Shown one piece after another: positions 50,013-60,584 of a stretch of DNA of 64,000 nucleotides. The first letter of the stretch is position 1, and each line of letters starts with the position of its first letter. The stretch lies in the NCBI GenBank assembly GCA_963816145.1, contig CAWFJP010000031.1:416001-480000 (forward strand). The letters are read 5' to 3'. The DNA is from an uncultured delta proteobacterium. Lineage in GTDB: Bacteria > Desulfobacterota > Binatia > UBA9968. The position numbers and the translations under genes were made by a program. A model generated the notes under the pieces. It searched no databases. It worked only from the letters and a program-made list of their open reading frames with translations, and was not told the DNA's origin.

Positions 50013-51505
50013 ATGATCCGTTTCTCGCCGCTACCAAACAACGCCCACATTATCCCCTGGCGGGAATGGGGCGACGAGGCGTTTTCTGCGCCCGCGCCGA
50101 GGATAGACCGGTGATGCTATTCTTAGGCGCGTTTTGGTGCCGGTACTGTCAGCGCATGGATGAGCAAGCCTTCTCCGACACCGAAGTGATCGCCCTGCTC
50201 AACGCCTACTTTGTTCCGCTGCGGGTCGATTATATGCAGCGTCCTGACGTGGACGCGCGTTACAACTTGAACGGCTGGCCGACCATCGCGTTTATGGCGC
50301 CCAACGGGCAGTTGCTCGGCGCCGTCAATTATTTGCCGGCCGATCAGTTCAAGGAATTGCTCATTGACGTTTACATGAGCTACGAGCAGCGCAAAGAAGA
50401 GCTTCGCGCGGCGGCGCAAAACGCGGACGAGTCATCGGCGCAGCCAGTGCGACAGCTGGATGAGTCGCAGCTGGCAGCGAATCTGACGCAGATCACCGAG
50501 GCGATCATGGCGCTGGCGGACCGGACCCACGGCGGTTACGACCCCGGTCAGAAATTCATCCATCCCCAGGTTAACGATTTTTTGCTCGAACGTTATCAAG
50601 CGACCAACGACCGGCAATATCTCGATCAGGTGTGTCTGACGCTTGAGCGCATGCGCGCCGGGGAGCTTTACGATCATGAAGGCGGCGCCTACTTTCGCAC
50701 CTCGTCCAATCCGGACTGGAGCCATCCGCACCGGGAAAAATTGTTGTTGGAAGAGGCCGGGCTACTGGCCAATTGCCTGGCAGTATTTCGCTTGACTCAG
50801 CGGGCCGATTACCGGCGCATGGCCGAGGAGATAATTGAGTACCTGGATGCCAAACTCTACGATACCGCCGTCGGAGTGTTCCATGGTTGCGAAGATTGGC
50901 TGCGCCATGAACCGCCGATTCCCGGCGGCGATGAATTTTTCACGATCATCGACCGCTGCATTTACACTGACGCCAATGCGGTTGCCAGCGCCGCGTATCT
51001 CGATGCCGCGGTGTTACTAGACAAGCCGCAGTATGGCGAACGAGCGCTCGCCATGCTGGAGTTTCTCTGGCAGAACTGCCACAGCGACAGCTTGGGGATG
51101 TTTCACTATTTTGACGGCGCGGCGCATGTGGCGGGGTTGCTGCAGGATCAAGCGCAGGTGGGTATCGCGCTGTTGCGAGCGTACGAAGTCACCGGACGCG
51201 CAGTTTGTTTGGATCGGGCGCGGCAGTTGGCTGAATTCATCTTGACGGAGTTAAGCAGTCCCGCCGGCGGCTTCCACGACATACGCGCACAGGATTCAGC
51301 GGTGCTCAGGCTTCGTTTGACTTTGATCGAACAGAACGGCGCCGCGGCGAGTTTCTTTCTGGCTTTGGTCCAGGCGGCGAATGATGCCAAGTATCGCGCC
51401 GCCGCGCGCCACGCGTTCAGTGCAGTCTTCGGTGAATTTGCCCAGTACGGCGTCCATGCGGCGCCCTTCGGCCGGGCGCTGGCGGTTTACCTTAAATTGG
51501 GGTGA
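50013..51505 (+). CDS. YyaL/DUF255 thioredoxin-domain protein (frameshift near 50085)
   Basis: IPWREWGDEAF joins RAEDRPV..WCRYC..M, RPDVDARY, GWPT, HREKLL. Confidence 0.82.
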
Positions 51506-51573
51506 TGGAGTAATGGATTAGTGGTGGAACTGTTCAACCCACCATTCCAACACTCCACTACTCCATCATTCCA
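51506..51573. repeat. Inverted 8-bp tandem-arm element
   Basis: tggagtaa tggattag ... acactcca ctactcca tcattcca. Confidence 0.7.
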
Positions 51574-51578
51574 GTCTC

Positions 51579-53111
51579 TTATCCCCTGATCCTCATCTCC
51601 GCCGCCAGGATGCGGTTGTCGGGCGTGCCTTTCCAAATCACGTTGCGCGCCACGCCGTAGATTTCCGAGAGCGTATAGAGCGGCACGAAGGGGGCGTCGT
51701 CCATGAGCAGGCGCCCGGCTTGCTGCAAGATGGTCACGCGTTTTTTCTGATCGGCGGTGCGCTGCTGCTCTTCGATGAGTTTGTCGACCTCCGGGTTGCT
51801 GTAGCCAATGCGTTTGGTGATGCCGGTGTGAAAGTATTGATCGTAGAACGTGTCGGCGTCGGCCGCGGTGCGGCCGGCATAGTAAAACGGCAGCTTGCCG
51901 CCGTTGACACCGTCTTTGCCCCAATACACGGCGTACTCCTGGCCGACCAATTCGATCTTGATGCCGACTTTGGCCAACTGAGCGCCGATCACCTCGCACA
52001 CTTCCCGGCCCTTGAGGTGTCGGTCGGGTGAAAAATAAAGCTTGGTTTCGAAGCCATTTGGATAGCCTGCTTTGGCGAGCAGGTCGCGGGCTTTTTTCGG
52101 ATCGAAGGCATAGCGTTTCATCGCCGGATCGAAGCCGGTCATGTTGGCCGCCAGCGGGCCGTTGAGCACTTCGCCGTTGCCGGAAAAGATATGTTTCATC
52201 ATCGCCGCCGGATCGATGGCGTGATTGATCGCTTGTCGCACGAGCTTGTTGTCGAAGGGTTTGAAGTTGACGTTCATCGCGACAAAATACATGCGAAAGC
52301 CGGGAACCTTTTCAACCCGGGCGCGCGGATGCTTGGCGACTCGATCGATTTCCTCGATGGGCAGATTGCTGACCACGTCGGCCTGGCCCGAAAGCAAACC
52401 GGCGACCCGCGCCGCTTCTTCTTTAACGCCTTTTAAAATGACTTCCTTGATCTCCGCCTTAGCGCCCCAGTAGTCGTCGTTGCGCGCCAGAACCAGATTG
52501 CCGCCGCGTTGCCAGCTGACAAACTTATAGGGACCGGTGCCAATGGCATAGTTGTCAGCCTGGTCGCCGTATTTCTCGGCGGCGGCCTTGCTGATGATGT
52601 AACGGGTATCCAGGCGGTCGAGCAGCAATGACAGCGGCTGCTTGGTGTTGAAGACGACGGTGAAGTCGTCGGGAGTTTCGACCTCCAGCTCCTGGATGTC
52701 ACCCCCCTGCAGGCTGCGCTTGTCGGTTTTCATGCGCTCGATCGAGTAGGCAATGTCTTTCGACGTCAGTGGCGCACCGTTGTGGAAACGAATGTTACGC
52801 CTGAGCTGAAAGATCCATCTTCGCCCCTGAAACTCCCACGAGTCGGCGAGCATGCCGACATATTTTTGTCGCGTGTAGTCCATGACGATCAATGGCTCGA
52901 TCAGGTGCAGCCAGATGCCGTTGATGCCGCCGCCGCTGTAACCGTAAGGATGGAGCGAGTCAAGACTGACGCCTTGATAGATCACGGCGCGGTCTTTCGA
53001 TGCAGCAAATGCGTTGTGCGCCAGTGCGGGTGCGACCAGTGCGCTGACGCCGAGCGTCGTCGTGTGTTGCAGAAATCGCCGGCGGCTAAGGCTCGTTTCA
53101 TAGCTAGCCAT
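51579..53111 (-). CDS. ABC peptide/nickel-type substrate-binding protein with Tat signal
   Basis: SRRRFLQ, FHNG, IGTGPYK, VRQAINHAID. Confidence 0.9.
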   Translation of the reverse strand: MASYETSLSRRRFLQHTTTLGVSALVAPALAHNAFAASKDRAVIYQGVSLDSLHPYGYSGGGINGIWLHLIEPLIVMDYTRQKYVGMLADSWEFQGRRWIFQLRRNIRFHNGAPLTSKDIAYSIERMKTDKRSLQGGDIQELEVETPDDFTVVFNTKQPLSLLLDRLDTRYIISKAAAEKYGDQADNYAIGTGPYKFVSWQRGGNLVLARNDDYWGAKAEIKEVILKGVKEEAARVAGLLSGQADVVSNLPIEEIDRVAKHPRARVEKVPGFRMYFVAMNVNFKPFDNKLVRQAINHAIDPAAMMKHIFSGNGEVLNGPLAANMTGFDPAMKRYAFDPKKARDLLAKAGYPNGFETKLYFSPDRHLKGREVCEVIGAQLAKVGIKIELVGQEYAVYWGKDGVNGGKLPFYYAGRTAADADTFYDQYFHTGITKRIGYSNPEVDKLIEEQQRTADQKKRVTILQQAGRLLMDDAPFVPLYTLSEIYGVARNVIWKGTPDNRILAAEMRIRG

Positions 53112-53145
53112 AGACCTCTCCTTTCGTGACTGGAATTCGGAATAT

Positions 53146-53223
53146 CTCGCGCAAAGTACGCCAAGGACGCAAAGCAAATCAATCAAATTATGAACTTGGC
53201 GAGCTTTGCGTGCTTGGCGCGAG
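53146..53223. repeat. Palindrome with 9-bp tandem arms (variant)
   Basis: ctcgcgcaaagtacgccaaggacgcaaag ... ttggcgagctttgcgtgcttggcgcgag. Confidence 0.75.
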
Positions 53224-53376
53224 GAATATCCCATTTCGAGACAATTTGCTTATAGCATTGGCGAGATCCTGTGGCACAACTATTTTTAGGCTATCGGCTT
53301 GGTAAATCGCCGCCAGCTTGACACAATGGCGTGAGAGTTATTATGACCCAAGGGGCGCACTCGAGCTAAGCGAGGT

Positions 53377-54666
53377 GTGGAAATGGATATCAAATCACTA
53401 GTCGATCCGGAAGGCGGTCTCATCGACCGGCGCATCTTCGCCGACCGGGAGATCTACGACTTGGAACGGGAGCGCATCTTCGCGCGCTGCTGGCTCTATC
53501 TGGGCCACGAGTGTGAGATTCCCAACCCCGGCGATTTTGTCACTCGCTATATGGGCGAGGATCCGGTGATCCTGGCGCGGGATTTAAACGGCCAGTTGCG
53601 CGCGCACTTGAACATGTGCCGCCATCGCGGCAATCGCGTCTGCCGCGCCGACCGCGGCAACACTAAATTGTTTCAATGCTCGTATCACGGCTGGTCGTAC
53701 ACCACCGACGGCAAACTCGCGTTGGTGCCAATGGTCGATGCCTTTGGCAATCTCGACCGCTCGCAGTGGGGTTTGGTTCCGGTAGCCCAAGTCGACAGTT
53801 ACAAGGGGCTCGTCTTCGCGACCTTCGACAAGGACGCGCCGCCATTGCGCGATTATCTCGGCGACATGGCCTGGTATTTGGATATTCTCCTCGATCGTCG
53901 GGAAGGGGGTACGGAAGTGAGCGGGCCGCAGCGCTGGGTCGTCGACGCCAACTGGAAGACCGCCGCAGAAAATTTCGGCGGCGACGGCTACCATATCGCT
54001 TCGACTCACGGGTCGGCGCGCGAGCTGGGCATCGATACCACCACCAACCAGACCCGACAATGGAACAAAGGCTGTCAGATCGCCTGCGGCAACGGCCATA
54101 TTCTGGTTTCCTGGCTGACCCCGCCGGACGGCGGACCTTGGTTTGCTCAACCGGACGACCAGCTGGTCGATTATATGAAAGAGCATGAAGTCGAAATCGA
54201 AAACCGCCTGGGAACCAAGCGGGCGCGGCAAATTTCGCCGTCGGCTGGAACGGTATTCCCTAATTTATCGGTGCACTGGCTGACCCGGACGATTCGCGTC
54301 TGGCAGCCGCGCGGGCCGGACAAGATGGAGATCTGGAGCTGGGCGATCGTCGACAAGGCCGCCTCGCCGAAAATCAAAGACGTCATGCGTTTCGTGTCGC
54401 AGTATCGCTTCAGTCCGTCGGGAGTCTTCGAACAAGACGACATGGACAACTGGATCCAAGTGACCGGCGCGGCAAGAAGTTTGATCGGCCGGCGATTTCC
54501 AGCCAATTATCAGATGAGCGGCAACGAGCCGCCGGTGGAATTAGATCTACCGGGACGCGTCAAAAGCCGCTTCAGTGACAACAATCAGCTGAGCCTGTAC
54601 CTGCACTGGGCGAAGATGCTGCAGGCGAATAATTGGCGCGAGCTCGCGAGCGGAACAAATGGATAG
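53377..54666 (+). CDS. Aromatic ring-hydroxylating dioxygenase alpha subunit
   Basis: CRHRG, CSYHGW, ENF..DGYH...TH, FEQDD. Confidence 0.93.
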   Translation: MEMDIKSLVDPEGGLIDRRIFADREIYDLERERIFARCWLYLGHECEIPNPGDFVTRYMGEDPVILARDLNGQLRAHLNMCRHRGNRVCRADRGNTKLFQCSYHGWSYTTDGKLALVPMVDAFGNLDRSQWGLVPVAQVDSYKGLVFATFDKDAPPLRDYLGDMAWYLDILLDRREGGTEVSGPQRWVVDANWKTAAENFGGDGYHIASTHGSARELGIDTTTNQTRQWNKGCQIACGNGHILVSWLTPPDGGPWFAQPDDQLVDYMKEHEVEIENRLGTKRARQISPSAGTVFPNLSVHWLTRTIRVWQPRGPDKMEIWSWAIVDKAASPKIKDVMRFVSQYRFSPSGVFEQDDMDNWIQVTGAARSLIGRRFPANYQMSGNEPPVELDLPGRVKSRFSDNNQLSLYLHWAKMLQANNWRELASGTNG

Positions 54667-55168
54667 CCAACTACGCCATCAGGTCGAAGACTTCTACTAT
54701 CTCGAAGCCGAGCTGCTCGACGAGCGCAAGCTGCGCGAGTGGTTCGAGCTATTGACCGAAGATATTCGCTACTGGATGCCGCTACGGCACAACCCGCTGG
54801 AGCGGCCCGAAAGCGTCAGCGAAGAACTGTCCCGACCCGGTGAAGCCTATTACTTCGACGACGATTGGAAAAGTTTGAAAATCCGCGTCGAGCGCGCTTA
54901 TTCGAAGATCGCCTGGGCGGAAGTGCCGCCGTCGCGCACGCGCCACTTGATTACCAACATTCGTATCAAAAAAGACGACGGCAGCGAAGTCGTAGCCCAC
55001 TCCAACTTTCTCGTCTACCGTACGCGCATGGAAAGCGACAAAGATATTTTTGTCGGGGCGCGCCAGGACATCCTGCGGCGCGAGGGTGAAAGCTTCAAGA
55101 TAGCCAGTCGGACGATCATCCTCGATCAGGCCGTGCTGGATGCGAAGAATATCAGTGTGTTTTTGTAA
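54659..55168 (+). CDS. Aromatic ring-hydroxylating dioxygenase beta subunit
   Basis: EAELLDER, WAEVPPSRTRH, KNISVFL. Confidence 0.92.
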   Translation: MDSQLRHQVEDFYYLEAELLDERKLREWFELLTEDIRYWMPLRHNPLERPESVSEELSRPGEAYYFDDDWKSLKIRVERAYSKIAWAEVPPSRTRHLITNIRIKKDDGSEVVAHSNFLVYRTRMESDKDIFVGARQDILRREGESFKIASRTIILDQAVLDAKNISVFL

Positions 55169-55276
55169 CCTCGGGCGCGCGCGATTTAGCCGCGAGCTGA
55201 CCAAACGGAACAGCGGGAAGCGATCCTTCGACCAGTGCATCGATTCTTATTCGCTGCGGATCTGATTGACGGCTTG

Positions 55277-56062
55277 ATGAATTCCGAATTACTTCCAGGT
55301 CAAGATCGAGCCGGCGCGACAATCCGTTGCGCGGCGGTGTCGCGCAGTTTTACCGGCACAGGATTGGTGCTCGACAAGATTTCATTTCAAATTGAGCCCG
55401 GCGAATTCGTTGCCTTGCTCGGGCCGTCCGGTTCGGGCAAATCTTCGCTGCTGCGCCTCACCGCTGGGCTCGACCACCCCGATAGTGGGCAATTAGTGAT
55501 CGAAGCAGCAAACCGCATGTTGTCGCGAGGTTTTGTTTTTCAAGATGCGACGCTGATGCCTTGGCGCACCTTGCTCCGTAACACAACATTGCCGCTTGAA
55601 TTGGCCGGCTGGTCCAGGACGGACGCGGAAAGCCGCGCGACCGAAGAGCTGCGCCGGGTGCGCTTGGCCGAGTTTTGCGCGCGCTACCCGCATGAACTTT
55701 CCGGCGGCATGAAGATGCGCGCCTCGGTGGCGCGCGCCTTGACGACGCGGCCCAACTTGCTGCTGCTCGACGAACCCTTTGCCGCCCTCGATGAGCCGAC
55801 GCGGCATACTTTGCAAATTCAGCTGCGTGAAATTTGGCTGGCCCTTGGCATGACCGTATTGTTTGTTACCCATTCGGTCAACGAAGCGGTGTTTCTCGCC
55901 GACCGGATAATCGTCTTGTCGCACCGTCCGGCGCGGCTGCTTCTCGATCAAAAGGTTCTGTTGCCCGAGAAGCGTGAAGCCGAGCTGCGCACCTCCCCGG
56001 AGTACATCGACCAGGTCCGGTGCATTGCCGCCGCCATGCCGGTTAGCGGAGATGCCTCGTGA
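55277..56062 (+). CDS. ABC transporter ATP-binding protein
   Basis: GPSGSGKS, LSGGMKMR, LDEPF. Confidence 0.92.
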   Translation: MNSELLPGQDRAGATIRCAAVSRSFTGTGLVLDKISFQIEPGEFVALLGPSGSGKSSLLRLTAGLDHPDSGQLVIEAANRMLSRGFVFQDATLMPWRTLLRNTTLPLELAGWSRTDAESRATEELRRVRLAEFCARYPHELSGGMKMRASVARALTTRPNLLLLDEPFAALDEPTRHTLQIQLREIWLALGMTVLFVTHSVNEAVFLADRIIVLSHRPARLLLDQKVLLPEKREAELRTSPEYIDQVRCIAAAMPVSGDAS

Positions 56063-56829
56063 CGTTAAGATCTCGGCAGGCGTCCTGGTTGCCGCCCTTG
56101 CTGCCATTGGTTCTTTCCGTCGGCGCGGCGGAATTGGCCGTGCGCATGGCCTGGGTGCCATCGTATTTAATCCCGGCCCCCAGCGAAGTGTTGCAGTCGC
56201 TGCTCGATGATCGGGTAGAATTAACTCTGGCCGCTTGGTCGACGCTGAGCTCCGCTTTGGCGGGACTGCTCCTGAGTTTTGTCACGGGAACTCTTTTCGC
56301 CATCGCCCTGTCGTCCTCCGATTTGGCGCGCCGGGCGTTTTATCCGTACGCGGTGTTTTTTCAAACCGTGCCGATTATTTCGATCGCGCCGCTCTTAGTG
56401 ATCTGGTTCGGTTTTGGCCAGCCTACGGTGATTGCGTCGGCGGCGATCGTTTCGGTTTTTCCGATCATCGCCAGCACTCTGTTAGGACTGAAATCGACGG
56501 AACCGTCGCTGCTCGATCTTTTCAAACTGTATACGGCGTCGAACCGGCAAACTCTCTGGATGCTAAAAATTCCGTTTGCTCTGCCGCAAATTTTCTCCGG
56601 CTTGCGGATCGCGTCGGGGCTGGCGGTGGTGGGAGCCATCGTCGGTGAATTCATCGGCGGCGGCGGGTTAGGCAGCGTCGTCGATGCGGCACGCACGCAG
56701 CAAAGAATCGATCGAGTGTTTGCCGCGGTGCTGATCTCTTCGCTGCTCGGCATTGTTTTGGTCGGTACGGTTAATATAATCTCAGCGCTATCACTGGGCT
56801 CATGGCATAGCTCCGAAAGGAATTCTTAA
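56059..56829 (+). CDS. ABC transporter permease
   Basis: QTVPIISIAPL, FSGLRIASGLAVVGAIVGE. Confidence 0.9.
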   Translation: MTLRSRQASWLPPLLPLVLSVGAAELAVRMAWVPSYLIPAPSEVLQSLLDDRVELTLAAWSTLSSALAGLLLSFVTGTLFAIALSSSDLARRAFYPYAVFFQTVPIISIAPLLVIWFGFGQPTVIASAAIVSVFPIIASTLLGLKSTEPSLLDLFKLYTASNRQTLWMLKIPFALPQIFSGLRIASGLAVVGAIVGEFIGGGGLGSVVDAARTQQRIDRVFAAVLISSLLGIVLVGTVNIISALSLGSWHSSERNS

Positions 56830-57779
56830 TGAACGTCGTGCTGCTATTACTATCCTTGACTGTTTTTCCGCACGCGGCTCAAGCTGGAGAGGCTGTTAAA
56901 TTGACGGCTCTCAAATTCGCGCTCAACTGGAAGGCGGAGCCGGAGTTCGGCGGCTTTTATGCCGCTAAGCTCGCCGGTAGTTTCGAAAAACGCGGTCTTA
57001 ACGTCGAGATCGTCGAGGGCGGCGCCGGCACACCGGTGGTGCAGATGGTTGCCAATTCCAAGGTCCCGTTCGGCATCGCCGCTGCGGATGAAGTGGTGCT
57101 GTCGCAGGCGCGCGGCACCGACGTGGTCGCGCTGTTTGCCGTCTATCAAACCAATCCGCAGGGGGTTATGGTGCATCCGGAGCGCGGCTTCAAAGCGCTC
57201 GGCGATGTCTTTGCCGCACCGGGCACGTTAGCGATTCAGAGCGGCGCACCTTACACATTGTTTCTGCAAGCCAAATTCGCCAACGCCAAGGTTAAACTGG
57301 TGCCCTACGCCGGCGGGATCGCGCAATTTCTTACCGACGCCAATTATTCACAACAGTGCTTTGTCACCGCGGAACCTTTGCTCGCCAAGAAAAAGAACAA
57401 ACCGGCGGCGAGCTTTCTGATCGCCGATGCCGGGTTCAATCCTTACGGCACGGTAGTGATCGCCCGGCGCCAGTATATCGAGAAGAATCCAAAGCAAGTG
57501 CGCGACTTGATCGATGCGATACGCGATGGCTGGAGCGATTACCTGCGCGCGCCCGAGAGCGCTAATGGCTGGATGGTTAAATTGAACCCGGCGATGGATA
57601 GCGAGACCATGAAAGACTCGGCCGACGTGCAGAAACCGTTTATCCTCGCCGCCAATATGTCTAATAAAGAACTGGGGAAGATGAGCAGGGAGCGCTGGGC
57701 GACTTTGGTCGATCAACTCTCCGGTATGAAGCTGATCAAGAACAAGCCGGCGGCGGAACGGCTCTATCAGAATTTCTAG
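56829..57779 (+). CDS. ABC substrate-binding protein, NMT1/THI5 family
   Basis: LNWKAEPEFGGFY, FNPY. Confidence 0.88.
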   Translation: MNVVLLLLSLTVFPHAAQAGEAVKLTALKFALNWKAEPEFGGFYAAKLAGSFEKRGLNVEIVEGGAGTPVVQMVANSKVPFGIAAADEVVLSQARGTDVVALFAVYQTNPQGVMVHPERGFKALGDVFAAPGTLAIQSGAPYTLFLQAKFANAKVKLVPYAGGIAQFLTDANYSQQCFVTAEPLLAKKKNKPAASFLIADAGFNPYGTVVIARRQYIEKNPKQVRDLIDAIRDGWSDYLRAPESANGWMVKLNPAMDSETMKDSADVQKPFILAANMSNKELGKMSRERWATLVDQLSGMKLIKNKPAAERLYQNF

Positions 57780-57790
57780 GCAATGGGCAT

Positions 57791-57910
57791 TCAACCTTTG
57801 GTGCCGCTCGGCAAGCCGCCGACGAGGTTGCCTATGCGCCAGTAGAGTATTTTCACCGGCAGCATGAACAGGATCAGGGTCAAGTTCATCATGGAAAGCC
57901 GCGCCGTTAA
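57791..57910 (-). pseudogene. Possible ABC permease C-terminal remnant
   Basis: LTARLSMMNLTLILFMLPVKILYWRIG resembles the last TM helix of the 25979 permease. Confidence 0.35.
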
Positions 57911-57954
57911 TTGGATGCACGATGACAGAGTAATGAATCGAGTCGATTGAAAGG

Positions 57955-59042
57955 AACAATATGATGTTTTCCTGTTCCTTGGCGTATTTCAAAACCGGGA
58001 AACTCATCACATAGTCTACCGATACGTCGAGCGGCTTGACGCCGGCGGCTTGGAGTTGTTTCATCTGGCGATTATATCGCGTTCCAGGGAACTTCTCGCT
58101 GTCCTGGCGATCGACGGTCCACTGAAACTCTTGTCCCGACTTGGTCATCAGGAACGCGCAAAATAATTTGGCTGCGGCTTTCGCCTTGCCGTTCTTGGGA
58201 ACGGCGCAGTAGCGATGAGTGACCATCGCCGCGTCGCTGGGTATCACATAAGCCAGCGGCGCGCCTTTTTCGATAAACGGCAGGACGCCGCCCTCGCCGC
58301 AGGCGAGCACATGGATGGGAAATTCGCCGCTGACGACGCGCTCGTACTCGCCGCAACGCATCAGGCCAGAGACCTGGCCGGATAGTTTTTTGACGTAGTC
58401 GGCGGTCCGTTCCGGCCCCCATTGTTTAGGTCCGGCCAGGATGTCGAAGTAAGAGAGGTAGGGTTGGGTCGAAACTTTGCCCTTGTACTTGGGCTGTAAC
58501 AGTTCACTCAAACTCTTCGGCACGTCGTTCTTGGCGATCAACTTGGTGTTGTAAACGATGCCGGGAAAACGGCCGCTGATCTCCAAGGCGGCGCCTTTGA
58601 GCGACACGGCGGCCGGATCGATCTGCGGAAAGGTCGAGGCCCAGTCGAACTGCTCGAGCACCATCAGCGGCGTCGAGAGTGTGGCGATATAGGTTTCCGA
58701 ACCGCCGATATAGACGTCGGAAGTCGCCGGCACACCGGCGGCGAACTCCTGGGCGATCTTCGCTGCCATTTGCGGCTGGCTCGGTCCGGGCGTCCAGTTG
58801 GCGATGATACTGGTGCCGAAGTGTTTGTTCATACCCGATACCAGATCACGCACACCTTGGAGGCCGCGAAATGTATTCTCGCCCCACACTAAATTGAGCA
58901 TTCCTTCGGTTTGAGCGGCTTTTTTCAGCGCGGCGAGTTTTTCGTTGGCACCCGATGCGGCTGCCGCCCAAGTTGAATCTGCGCCGCAAAGCAAAGGCGC
59001 GATCGTTAGAATGGTCGCAAGCAATGCCGAGATTAGCTTCAT
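57955..59042 (-). CDS. Extracellular solute-binding protein (third paralog); native stop missing
   Basis: EGML, WGENT, TSDVYIG, MRCGE, AAKLF; ORF runs on to 57348, true end approximate. Confidence 0.78.
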
Positions 59043-59080
59043 GACTGGTGATCTCCAAGAAATAATTTGGCGGTTTAAAC

Positions 59081-59926
59081 TCATTCCGAGCCTTCGACTT
59101 GCAGCTGCAATGGGTTGCCGTCGTAGTCGGTGAAGTACAGTCCATGGGCCGTGGCGCTGCGCACCTGCGTCTGTTCCAACGCGTCGACTTTGCCGCCTTC
59201 GCGCGTCACCGCCCCGCGAAATTGCTTTAAGGTGTCCGCCGTCGGCGTGAAGAAAGCGTAGTGCTGTCCTTCGAAGCGGTAGTGGGCGCTGCTACGCTCG
59301 TTAAGCGCTTTGACTTTGTGGAGTACCAGCCACTGCCCGCTATGTAGCTGCAAACAAGAGGTCTCGTGGCCGAGTGTGTCTTGCTCACGGCCCAACACTT
59401 TCAAACCGAACACGTTGCGATAAAAAGCCTCGGATCGATCCAAGTCGGTGACTTCCAATTCTAACTGGCTCAAACCCAGATAGGCGGAGCCGTTGTTTGC
59501 GGCAGAACCGGCCTTCTCGATGAGTTCAAGATGATTGCCGAAGGGATCTTGCAACAGGATGGATTTTGCCCTGGGGCCGAGCCGTTCGCGTAAGCGCGGA
59601 CCGTCGAACTTCACCGTTGGCTTTTCTTCCAGCCGCTGCTGAATGCGCCTGAAACCCTCGCCGGTGACTTCGATGCCCACCACCGGCGCGCCGTGCAATT
59701 CTTTATCCTCGGGCAGCGGCTCGCGGCCGAGAAACAGACCGACGCGGCTTCCCGCCACATTTAAAAAAGTCCGGGGCAACGTGCCGGCGCGCACGTCGAC
59801 GACGCGAAGACCGCGCCGTTCGAAGATCGGCACTTCCAGCATGCCGGTGTAAAAGTCCTCGGCTTTGACGAGATCGTCAACCGGATAAGCGAAATGATCG
59901 AAGCGAATAGAGGCTTGGGTGTCCAT
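59081..59926 (-). CDS. Two-domain VOC family protein
   Basis: DHFAYPV..FY, DPFGNHLE, DYDGNPLQ. Confidence 0.82.
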   Translation of the reverse strand: MDTQASIRFDHFAYPVDDLVKAEDFYTGMLEVPIFERRGLRVVDVRAGTLPRTFLNVAGSRVGLFLGREPLPEDKELHGAPVVGIEVTGEGFRRIQQRLEEKPTVKFDGPRLRERLGPRAKSILLQDPFGNHLELIEKAGSAANNGSAYLGLSQLELEVTDLDRSEAFYRNVFGLKVLGREQDTLGHETSCLQLHSGQWLVLHKVKALNERSSAHYRFEGQHYAFFTPTADTLKQFRGAVTREGGKVDALEQTQVRSATAHGLYFTDYDGNPLQLQVEGSE

Positions 59927-60164
59927 TGAAAGTCCTCCTCGAAAGCCTGGTAACGTCGGGCAGACTATTAGTACAAGGCGTGCCGGCGCATTGTCAACTT
60001 TAGCACTTGCCGTCTAACAACTTTATTGCTTAAGATCGCTGATCGTATTGTGAGGATAAATCAACGCAACGGTCCTGGAGCGTATTGAACCGCGTTTCTG
60101 AGCATTCATAGAAAACTGGTCATCGCACAACGATTATTTTGCGGCACTGAAAGGGGGAAAGACA

Positions 60165-60584
60165 ATGTCTATCGATGGTCTTCGTTTTGGCCATGTGGCC
60201 TTTAAAGTCGCGGATGTGGAGAAGAGCATTCGCTGGTACGGCGACGCCTTTGGCGCCAAGGTGATCTATCGCGTCGCGCCGAGCGGGGACCGGCCGGAGC
60301 TGATGTTCTTGGAGTTTGCCAAAGGCCAGTGTGTCGAGCTTTTCCCCGGTGGCAAGAATGTTCTAGCTTCGCCGCCGGATCCGATCGGCTATATACATTT
60401 CTGCCTGGTGCTCGACAATTTGGAGCAGGCACTGGAGCATCTGGCGAAGATGGGTGTCAAACCGGATCGCAAATTCATTGGCCGCGCCAAGCAGCGCATT
60501 GCGTTCGTCTCCGATCCCGATGGCAACAGCATCGAACTGATGGAAATTCCGCCGGAGTCGGAAATCTACCGGACCTACCCATGA
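60165..60584 (+). CDS. VOC/glyoxalase family protein
   Basis: GHVAFKV, HFCL, DPDGNSIELM. Confidence 0.88.
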   Translation: MSIDGLRFGHVAFKVADVEKSIRWYGDAFGAKVIYRVAPSGDRPELMFLEFAKGQCVELFPGGKNVLASPPDPIGYIHFCLVLDNLEQALEHLAKMGVKPDRKFIGRAKQRIAFVSDPDGNSIELMEIPPESEIYRTYP

